Of a DNA stretch of 64,000 nt, positions 26,198 through 38,100 are shown one piece after another. The notes beneath the pieces were generated by a model. The model saw only the letters and a list, made by a program, of their open reading frames with translations. It did not search any database and was not told the DNA's origin. This stretch comes from Macrostomum lignano (Eukaryota), in the NCBI GenBank assembly GCA_002269645.1, contig NIVC01001346.1:186001-250000 (forward strand), in the 5' to 3' direction. Both the position numbers and the translations under genes were made by a program. Position 1 is the stretch's first letter; the number at the start of each line of letters is the position of its first letter.

Positions 26198-29100
26198 ATG
26201 GACGAGTTCTACTTCGACCAAGAATTCCAAGAGCAGTCGGGCTTTAACTTCGATCAGTATCAGTACTTGTTCGGCCTGCAGCCTAAGCCGGACAATTCGC
26301 CCGACGATCCTCAGCAGCCAGTTGGTATTATTGTGAAACGTCCTCGCTCCGCTAGGCACAAGTCCGGCGGCAGCGACGCCTCGGACTCAATCAACCAGTT
26401 GTTGCACGTCACCTTCAAGCAGACTGACAGCGAGCCAGCTCAGTATGATCTTGATGACGACGACGACGATAGCGCGTTCATCCCCGACGGAGCTCTGGCG
26501 CGTCCGCCGTCTCGTCGGCATCAACATCATCGGGATCGCTGGCAGGCGCCCAGCGTTCAGCCGACTGGCATCCCGGCGCCAGCGCCGCCGCCTCCGCCAG
26601 TGTCGCGCCAGACGCGCCGAGTTAAATCGCGCGATCCGTCGCCGCTGGATCGGGGCGGTCCGAGGCATCGGTTTAGCAACGGAGATGCACAGAATGGGAT
26701 AGGTCTGTACACGTAGAGAGAATGGGATCTTTTAGTTTTTCCCTCAGGTAAAAATGATCGTTTCGAATTGCAAAGATCGTCAGCAGTCAGCAAACTAATC
26801 TACCTTGAAACTCTGCCTTGTTTGATGCTGCTCCAATGGGTCAAGTCTCCAGCTCCCATCTACGATCCTTTAAAATAGCGCTGCTGATCCTCATGGAGTG
26901 CCGCTAAACCTCACGGAATGCCGTTAATTCCCTTGAGGTGCCGCTAATCTTCATGGAGCGCAGTTAATTCCAATAGAATGCCTTTAATCCCCAAGAAGCG
27001 CCGCTGATCCCCATAGAGCGCTGCTTATCCCCATGGATCGCCGCTAATTCTCATGAAGCGCCGCTAATTCTCACGAAGCGCCGCTAATTCTCATGAAGCG
27101 CCTCTAATTCTCATGAAGCGCTGCCAATTCTCATGAAGCGCCGCTAATTCTCACGAAGCGCCGCTAATTCTCATGAAGCGCCTCTAATTCTCATGAAGCG
27201 CCGCTAATTCTCACGAAGCGCCGCTAATTCTCATGAAGCGCCTCTAATTCTCATGAAGCGCCGCTAATTCTCACGGAGCGCCGCTAATTCTCATGTAGCG
27301 CCGGTAATTCTCACAGAGCGCCGCTAATTCCCATGGAGCGCCGCTAATCCCCAGTTCTATCCCATTCTAAATCATTCAGTATAAAAATACGTATGTAAAT
27401 TATTGAACTTAAAAAAAAATGAAAAGAGAAATAGTTTTGTCAGTTTTTGTTGAAATATGTTATCAATGCACTATCATCTTAAAACTAGAAAGTGTGTTGT
27501 TATAATGCTATGTATTTTATTACTATTTATATAGATTTTATTAATAGACTTAAACCATGCTTAATAAGCATCTATTAGTATTAGACTATCCAAGCAAAAG
27601 TGTAACTTTCTTTACTACTATTCCAGACCAGCGGCGGCACAACAGCCAGACGCGCCAGATGAACCGGCCAGTAAACAGCGGCGCCGGCGGCAGTCAGCTG
27701 AGGCGGCCGCTTCACAGTGGCCGGAATGCGATTTCCTCCGCTACTGCTGCTAGTGAGTCTTCTCCCGTGTTTGATGCACTTTTTTAATTTAGTAATATGC
27801 GCGCTCCCTTATTTGTGAATAGGAAATAGATGAGTTGCTGGACTTTGTTAACGCGATTGAGTTAGTGGATTAGGCCCTTTTTGCAATCGAATTGCTGTCT
27901 TAGAGATGCGATACTGTGTCATCGGAGTTCTAATATGTGAGAAGGAACACGTGGCGTTGTGCAATTCGATACATTCTTTGCTTGCCTTGGTTACTAGTCT
28001 TCTTTACTCCGCCTTTATTCTCTTCAGAATCCATCTTGTCTTATCTCATTTTCATATGTCCGATTTCTCATCTACCATATCCGATCTCTCATCTCCCATG
28101 CCCGACCTCTTATCTCCCATGCCCAATCTCTCATCTATCATATCCGATCTCTCATATTCCATATCCGATCTCTCATCTAATATATCCGATCTCTCATCTA
28201 CCATATCCGATCTCTCATCTACCATATCCGACCTCTCATCTACCATATCCGACCTCTCATCTACCATATCCGACCTCTCATCTACCATATCCGACCTCTC
28301 ATCTACCATATCCGATCTCTCATCTACCATATCCGATCTCTCATCTACCATATCCGACCTCTCATCTACCATATCCGATCTCTCATCTACAATATCCGAC
28401 CTCTCATCTACCATATCCGACCTCTCATCTACCTTATCCGATCTCTCATTTACCATATCCGACCTCTCATCTACCATATCCGACCTCTCATCTACCATAT
28501 CCGATCTCTCATCTACCATATCCGATCTCCCATCTACCATATCCGATATCTCATCTACCATATCCGATCTCTCATCTCCCATGCCCGACCTCTTATCTCC
28601 CATGCCCAATCTCTCATCTATCATATCCGATCTCTCATATTCCATATCCGACCTCTCATCTACCATATCCGACCTCTCATCTACCATATCCGACCTCTCA
28701 TCTACCATATCCGACCTCTCATCTACCATATCCGACCTCTCATCTACCATATCCGACCTCTCATCTACCATATCCGATCTCTCATCTACCATATCCGATC
28801 TCTCATCTACCATATCCGACCTCTCATCTACCATATCCGATCTCTCATCTACAATATCCGACCTCTCATCTACCATATCCGACCTCTCATCTACCTTATC
28901 CGATCTCTCATTTACCATATCCGACCTCTCATCTACCATATCCGACCTCTCATCTACCATATCCGATCTCTCATCTACCATATCCGATCTCCCATCTACC
29001 ATATCCGATATCTCATCTACCATATCCGATCTCTCATCTCCCATGCCCGACCTCTTATCTCCCATGCCCAATCTCTCATCTATCATATCCGATCTCTCAT

Positions 29101-32100
29101 ATTCCATATCCGACCTCTCATCTACCATATCCGACCTCTCATCTACCATATCCGACCTCTCATCTACCATATCCGACCTCTCATCTACCATATCCGACCT
29201 CTCATCTACCATATCCGACCTCTCATCTACCATATCCGATCTCTCATCTCCCATGTCAGATCTCTCCTCGTCCTCTGTCCTCTCGTATGTCTTATCTCTA
29301 TTATCTCCGTTCATACATACAATGCCTAATCTCTTTTCAACTCTAATATCTTTATGCTTCTTGTCTTGACGTCTGTTTCTTCTGGCTTTGCCCTCTTAGT
29401 CTTCTCCCTGAGTCTCATTATTGGGTCGCATTCCAATTCTGATTCCATTACCTGCTTGAATTTATTCAAGCTACAGACCCTGCAGTGCCAGGGCTTCTGG
29501 GTAGATGATTAATTTACCGTATTATTCGTTCAGTTTACATACCTACTTATATGGGTTTCTTACTAACAGGAAATCTGTTTTAATGCATATTATTGTTAAC
29601 TAATTAATTGTAACTAAGAGCCTAATTTCCTCATTTCGCAAGGCGGAATTAGCTTTCATTCACCTGTCAGTAATTTGCTTGCATTACTATATCATTTTCT
29701 CTCACCCCGTATTGTATAGTATGCGATGCGTGCTTTGAGAAAAAGTTTATATATGAAGATTTTTTAGTATCTAGGTGCATTGTAGGCAGATTGTGGAATT
29801 ATAAGTTAGGAGCAGATCGCGTGGATTTGATTGATCGCTCATTAGCGTGTTGGAGCATCGATTGAACCAAAAAACTGCTCAATATTAGGCCTGGCTAATT
29901 ACAATAAGATTGTCTAAAAAGTATGTTTTTGTGGGTTTAGCGCCAAAATCAGCATGTTCAAAGTGTACATGTGAGTGGCTAGCGCCAAAATCAGCATGAT
30001 CAAAGTGTACATGTGAGTGGCTAGCGCCAAAATCAGCATGTTCAAAGTGTACATGTGAGTGGCTGGCGCCTAAATCATCATTTTCAAAGTGTACATGTGA
30101 GTGACTAGCGCCAAAATCAGCATGTTCAAAGTGTACATGTGAGTGGCTAGCGCCAAAATCATCATTTTCAAAGTGTACATGTGAGTGGCTGGCGCCAAAA
30201 TCATGTTCAAAGTGTACATGTGAGTGGCTGGCGCCAAAATCATGTTCAAAGTGTACATGTGAGTGGCTGGCGCCAAAATCATCATGTTCAAAGTGTGCAT
30301 GTGAGTGGCTGGCGCCAAAATCAGCATGTTCAAAGTGTACATGTGAGTGGCTGGCGCCAAAATCATCATGTTCAAAGTGTACATGTGAGTGGCTGGCGCC
30401 AAAATCAGCATGTTCAAAGTGTACATGTGAGTGGCTGGCGCCAAAATCAGCATGTTCAAAGTGTACATGTGAGTGGCTGGCGCCAAAATCATCATGTTCA
30501 AAGTGTACATGTGAGTGGCTGGCGCCAAAATCAGCATGTTTGGATTGTCTGCAAGATCGTAGAAAAATGGTTTGTCAGCTGTCTTATTCTTAAATCGCTT
30601 AAAAATACATGTACATACATGTACATTTCCAATGCATTTACTAACTAAGCTGGAGAGAACCTGTTGTCAAATGTGCCTTACCTCAACCTATAGTATTTAT
30701 ATAATATATATTCAATCTAATAGCAAGCAACTGATACTAAGAATTAGACAAGCTCTTAAACAAAAAAGCCACAATGACAATAACTAACAGGCTACGCCTA
30801 CTGCGGCCCAAGACGGGCCACAGTCTCCGCAGTTGATGATGTTGTTAGCAGTTTTGGCCTAACGGCCAGGCCGCCAGCCTTGTCTAACTCAACTAGGCAG
30901 CGCCGCGACTCTGCTGCAGGTATTTCTTGATCGCGTTTTTTTCTCATAAAAACTACAGAAAGAAGACACGACCTTGGAGGTTTTTAGGTTGAGACAAGAT
31001 TAAAATTAGACAAGCGAGCTTAATTGAGTCTTATGTGTTTCCCTATGCGTCGCCAGAGTGTTTGCAGTTTTTTCCCACTGATTTCTCTTGCTCTCTCAGT
31101 CTGTCAGTCTGTATAACTCGAAAATTTTGGTTCCATGCATTTATTTAATCTATTAAGAGTGGGCGGCTGGCTCGTTGGTGTTTTCCTTCTTACTTCAGTG
31201 TTATCTCAATGAGGTCAATTGGCCGTATATTGCATTCAGTGTAAATTATTAGCTGCACCAATGTTAATGCACATGGTATGTGTTATAATATATTCTATAC
31301 ACACACTGGCACTGGGGTAGGGTTCTACGCATAATTTGATACATACCCAGTGGTGTGTCAAATCTGATGCGGCCTCTGATTTCGTATTTCGCCTTAAAAT
31401 GTATACCCCACTGTCATACTTGTGGTGTTGTTAATTCTTACTAGCTTTAAACGGTGTTTTTTTGTCCGTGTCTTTGTCATATTTGCTGTCTTAAATTCTG
31501 GAATCGATTTTTTATGATTTATATGTGTTATAAGTATCGGAACCCTTTATTGTGTTGAGTTGTTTTTTTTGCTAACAACATTAACCACAATTCCCTGCAG
31601 GTGCCGGCTCTATTGACGAAGAGGGATTCCTGGCGGCTTTTGAACAGGTGCCAAAAATTAATGTAAGTTTTGTTATACCGTTTGGGGCGCCGGGTTACCC
31701 CATTTTGAACAGATCGGTCTTTATCATTACCTCTGATATCCACACTAGTCCTTCATTAGCCTCCCACAGGTCCTTCATTAGCCTCCCACTGGTCCTTCAT
31801 TAGCCTCCCACAGGTCCTTCATTAGCCTCCCACTGGTCCTTCATTAGCCTCCCACAGGTCCTTCATTAGCCTCCCACAGGTCCTTCATTAGCCTCCCACT
31901 GGTCCTTCATTAGCCTCCCACTGGTCCTTCATTAGCCTCCCACTGGTCCTTCATTAGCCTCTCACTGATCCTTCATTAGCCTCCCACTGGTCCTTCATTA
32001 GCCTCACACTGGTCTTTCATCACGAGCGTGCCCTTCGCTGATTCTTTATTGGCACTGCCACCACCTTCCCAGGTGTACAGCAACCGAGATGCCATCGAGT

Positions 32101-35100
32101 GTCTGAACCGGATTCGCGACACTCTATCCAGCAGCGCCTCCGAGGACTGGGAAAAACGTGTCGACGCAATGAAACAGCTGCGCTCCCTGTTGCTAGCCGG
32201 CGGTCCCGAGTTCGAAGACTTTCTTCCCACGCTCCGATCCCTAGCCGTTCCATTTCGAGGCTGTATTTCCGATCTTCGCTCTCAGGTTGTTCGAGAAGCC
32301 TGCATAACTATTGCCCACCTGGCTAGTTGCCTTGGCAACCGGTTTGACCAATTCGCCGAGCCGATTATGGAACCGTTGTTAGCGTTGCTAGGCAACACTG
32401 CCAAGATTGTGGCCACATGCGGAATGGTGAGTCTAATGACTTGTTATGGTGGACTCATCAATGAGAGAATCGGATTGCGAATCTCACCCATGGATAAGAG
32501 AATCGGATTGCGAATCTCACCAATCAATGAGAGAATCGGATTGCGAATCTCACCCATCGATGAGAGAATCGAATTGAGAATCTCACCCATTGATGAGAGA
32601 ATCGGATTGCGAATCTCACCCATCGATGAGAGAATCGGATTGAGAATCTCACCCATCGATGAGAGAATCGGATTGCGAATCTCACCCACCAAAAGAATAG
32701 GAAAGTTCTGCTGGCAAAGGTTAGAGATGGAAATAACTTTTTGTCTCGTTAATAACGGCTCTAACTGCGCATTAAAAATATGCGTTAATAAAATTGCTTA
32801 CTAAAGTCTGAATTAAAGTTAAGACCCGACCACAGACTGACGGTTGCAAATGCTAAAGAAACAAAATATAATAGCAGCATGCAGGTTTTCCAAGCCCGCT
32901 TATTTGTTTAAGCGCGCTACTTTAAGGACTGAGCCAACTCTGTACAGCTTTCAAGCTGAAAAGGTCCTTCGAAAGCTACTTATTTATTTATATAGACCCG
33001 GTGATAGAAAGCAAATCAATACCTGAGCTTATTACCTTTTCGTTAAAGCTGTTATAATTGCTACAGTAGGCCATTAATGTGCTAGGAAGAGAATGTCGAA
33101 AATTTTAGATGAATTCATTGATATAATAATTAAAAATATATGATAAGTGCTGCAAGTTAAGCAGGGTTGGCCGGGGTTAGTACGTTGCTGAATAAGCTTT
33201 ATTGCGTGACCACCTAAGTCACGTAGGAGATCCAACAATACTGACTTTTTAACGACGCAAACGAATTTAATGCGACAGAGAGACGGCTGTTAACTCACAA
33301 GCGCTTCACGTGAGTTGCAGAATCGTGAAAGAGTCGTTGTGCTGGCGCTTAACTTCCTATTATCTTAAGTAGACTAAATAGAGTTATAAATGCTAAATGC
33401 GATTCTAATTCATGAAGTGACGCTGATGCGCTTTAGACACAACTCAGTGATTCTACAGCAACTCTAGCCAGTACGCCTCAAATTGACTCTTTAACGACTT
33501 TTTCTACCGTGAAATCTCGCCGTTTTAGAGTCGTCTAGAGTCGCTTCTTACTATTTTGCGTGTTACCTGCAACGACATGAGGTACCTTCTCCTTTGTTAT
33601 CCATCCACACCCGCCTTGCCATTCACAGGTGTGCACCTCCCTGCTGCTGCGGTACACTCAGAGCCACCGCCTCCTGCCCAGCCTGTTGGCACTCGGCCAA
33701 GCAAAATCGGCCATCCAGAGACGCTGCGTTGCCGAATTAATGGCCGACCAGGTAAGGCAATTATGCTATTACTGTTAATTATTGGGTTTTTAAGGAATGG
33801 AACTCAGTGCCAGTCTCTTCCGTAGGCATATCAAACTTCTAGCACTGTTTTAACTGGATATTTCAATTTCTTTTCGTATCAATTGCCAAAATTTCACCTG
33901 CAGCGCCCAAATCAGTGCCAGCAAGGGGCGCCAAACTGGGAACTGGGTGCCGAAATCTGGCGCCAAACTGGGAATCGAGTGTTAAAATCTGGCGCCAAAT
34001 TGGGTATCGAGTGTTAAAATCTGGCGCCAAACTGGGAATCGGGTGCTAAAATCTGGCGCCAAACTGGGTATCGGGTGCCGAAATCTGGCGCCAAACTGGG
34101 AATCGGGTGCTAAAATCTGGCGCCAAACTGGGTATCGGGTGCCGAAATCTGGCGCCAAACTGGGAATCGAGTGTTAAAATCTGGCGCCAAACTGGGAATC
34201 GAGTGTTAAAATCTGGCGCCAAACTGGGTATCGGATGCTGAAATTTGGCGCCAAAATCAGCGCCAACCAGGGGCGCCAATCGGGTTTACTCTACTATTTC
34301 GTTACTAATCGGACCCGCAGGTCCTGGCCAGCTGGCCTGCGCACGCGCTCGAACGCCAGCTGCCCGGCCTGCTGGACTGGCTGCGCCGCTGCCTCACAGA
34401 CGCCGATCAGGAGGCCCGATCGAATGGCCGGCGGGCATTCTGGCGATTCGGCAGGCAGTTCTGGGCCCAGGCGGCCAGCATTTTAAACGGCTGCGATTCG
34501 CGCACCCGGGCCGCTATTGAGCGGGTCCGACCGTCCGACATGCCGGCTCCGGCCGCGCCTGGCGCCACGGCCGCTTCCAGGGCGCCGCAATCGACGCCGG
34601 CAAGTCGGGGCGCTTCGCCACCACGCAGCGGCCGCGGCGGCCCCAGATCGCAGGTGAGATTTTATTCTCACTGGTTGTAAGGGTGAGATTCTCTTTTCTC
34701 ACTTGTTGATGGAGATGGAGACTCCGGTTGTTGCATCACATCCTCTCACTGGTTGTGAGGGTGAGCTTCTCTTTTCTCACTGGTTGTGAGGGTGAGACTC
34801 CGGTTGTTGCATCACATCCTCTCACTGGTTGTGAGGGTGAGCTTCTCTTTTCTCACTGGTTGTGAGGGTGAGCTTCTCTTTTCTCACTGGTTGTGAGGGT
34901 GAGCTTCTCTTTTCTCACTGGTTGTGAGGGTGAGCTTCTCTTTTCTCACTGGTTGTGAGGGTGAGCTTCTCTTTTCTCACTGGTTGTGAGGGGGTGAGAT
35001 TCCGGTTATTGCATCACATCCTCTCACTGGTTGCAGGGGTGAGACTCCGGTTATTACATCACATCCTCTCACTGGTTGCAGGGGTGAGACTCCGGTTATT

Positions 35101-38100
35101 ACATCACATCCTCTCACTGGTTGCAGGGGTGAGACTCCGGTTATTACATCACATCCTCTCACTGGTTGCAGGGGTGAGACTCCGGTTATTGCATCACATC
35201 CTCTCACTGGTTGCAGGGGTGAGACTCCGGTTATTGCATCACATCCTCTCACTGGTTGCAGGGGTGAGACTCCGGTTATTGCATCACATCCTCTCACTGG
35301 TTGCAGGGGTGAGACTCCGGTTATTGCATCAAATCCTCTCACTGGTTGTAGGGGGTGAGACTCCGGTTATTGCATCAAATCCTCTCACTGGTTGTAGGGG
35401 GTGAGACTCCGGTTGTTGCATCACATCGTCTCACTGGTTGCAGGGGTGAGACTCCGGTTGTTGCATCACATCGTCTCACTGGTTTTGGGAGTGACACTCC
35501 GGTTTAGGATAGGATAAAAGCTGTCCCCGCAGCTCAGCAAGCCGCATGCATTCCACTCCGTGTCGCGCAGGCCTCCAGCCGGGGCTCCTCGCCGCCTCGG
35601 TCCGGCATCCCGGTGCCGATGAACTCCTCGACGCCGGCGCCCGCCGGCTCGTCCTCGCTGCGCCGATCCTCGCAGGGTGCAGGCGGCGGCGGCGGCGGCG
35701 GCGGCTCGATCTCGGCTCGCAGCTCCTTCCGCGGCGGCCGGCAGCGAGTTGAACAGCAGGCGGCGGCGCAGTCCGCTCTGGCCGAGGCGCTGCAGTTCAA
35801 ACTGCAACAGCGGCGTCAGACTGGCGACGGTGACGACGCAAGCGAGACGTCGTCCGTTTGTTCGGACGCTTCGTTCAAGTCGTTCACGGTGAGTTTTAGA
35901 CAGACTGTTCGCAGCGGGATCAGGGGAGTTCACTAACGTTGGAGCGTTTGTAAGCTCAAAAGATTGAGCTCGATGCTTTGCAGGTTCGAACTTTTTAATG
36001 AGCTCGAAATTTCACGTCATCGAAATGGAAAAGAAGTGACTAGCATTAATTTTTTCGACGATGTTAACAAGCTTGTGAATTAAGTTTCTTACTACTGTAA
36101 GTAGCTGAATTTTATATTTAAAAGCGATCCTGCGCGTCACTTATCTGTCTGCCACTTTTTACACCAATAAGAATTTCCGCCATTCTAACAAGTGATCCCT
36201 TTATGCAGGTTGGATCTCTGGCAAACGGGCCTTGTCTCTTAATAATATGCCAGTATGTAATTTGAGCTTTGAAACCCTCTAGAAAGCTTTTCAGTTTTAT
36301 TTTTTGTTTATTACAGTCAACTTTGCTGCTTCAGCTACTTAAAGTAGCTCTGTGAGTTTTCTGTTATACTATTAAAAATTATTTGATAAAATTTATCCAA
36401 CATCGCAGAGCTGCTACACTGGACGCAGATTTGTAGCCCGAATCAGCAAGGTAAAAAGCATTATTCAGGTGGTACTTTTTAGTACTTTTTTCTAGTCATT
36501 TTTGTGTGTGCGTTTATGGTTCTCGTCATTATCTATTTTTATTCCTTTATTCATGGTGTCGACGGTCTTCTTATTCTCCTTTTTTATTCCTTTTGTTCTT
36601 TCGCATTGGATAGATTAGCAATCCATTTTGATCCTTCACATGGGATATATTAGCAATCCATTTTGATCCTTCACATGGGATAGATTAGCAATCCATTTTG
36701 ATCCTTCACATGGGATAGATTAGCAATCCATTCTGATCCTTCACATGGGATAGATTAGCAATTCATTTTGATCCTTCACATGAGATAGATTAGCAATTCA
36801 TTCTGTTCCTTCACATGGGATAGATTAGCAATTCATTCTGTTCCTTCACATGGGATAGATTAGCAATCCATTCTGATCCTTCACATGGGATATATTAGCA
36901 ATCCATTTTGATCCTTCACATGAGATAGATTAGCAATTCATTTTGATCCTTCACATGGGATAGATTAGCAATCCATTCTGATCCTTCACTTGGGATATAT
37001 TAGCAATCCATTTTGATCCTTCACATGGGATATATTAGCAATCCATTCTGTTCCTTCACATGGGATAGATTAGCAATCCATTCTGATCCTTCACATGAGA
37101 TAGATTAGCAATTCATTTTGATCCTTCACATGGGATAGATTAGCAATCCATTTTGATCCTTCACATGGGATAGATTAGCAATCCATTTTGATCCTTCACA
37201 TGGGATAGATTAGCAATCCATTTTGATCCTTCACATGGGATAGATTAGCAATCCATTTTGATCCTTCACATGGGATATATTAGCAATCCATTTTGATCCT
37301 TCACATGGGATAGATTAGCAATCCATTCTGATCCTTCACATGGGATATATTAGCAATCCATTCTGATCCTTCACATGGGATATATTAGCAATCCATTCTG
37401 ATCCTTCACATGGGATTAGAAATTAGAAATCCTGAGGGTGTTGGTGTTTTATTTCCTTAACTTAGTAGATTATATACCATTATATTTATTGTAGTGTGTA
37501 CTTTTGTTGTCGAACTTGTATGAGTGTTTTTATTTAATTGTATGTAATGCTATTAAAATGCACAAAAACCCACTGTGTTGATGTTGTCTTTTACAGCATG
37601 CATATTTAAAATGTATCATAAATGCTTGAATTATATACAAATTCATACATTGTGTGAATACTTGTATAAGTTTTACTCACTTTGCACACACTATGTATTT
37701 AGTTTTCTTGTCGTGTTTAACTTAGAAGTTGATATACACAAATCCTATGCAAAATCTTAGACTGAGTTAGTTTATATTTATTAGATTAGATGTTCACCAC
37801 ATTGCACACTGATACAGCTCCGAGCTATTTAAATAAAACAATGTTTTTGCATTTTAGTTATCCACCCCAGAATACCTTCCTACACTTCAAAAAATCGCCC
37901 CTGAACTATAAGAAATCGCCCTGAACTATTGTCTATAAGAAATCGCCCCTGAACTGTCTTCAAGAAATCGCCCCTGAACTATATTTTAAAAAATCGCCTC
38001 TGAACTATCCTAAAAAAATCGCCCCTTAACTAGAAGAAATCGCCCCTGAACTACAAGAAATCTCCCCTAAAATATCTTCAAATAATCGCCCATAAACTAC

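Noticed and set aside
27906-29369. 487, 469 and 420 aa ORFs as mucin-like or antifreeze-like proteins
   Set aside because: Intronic 21-bp array open in three frames, without supporting splice context.
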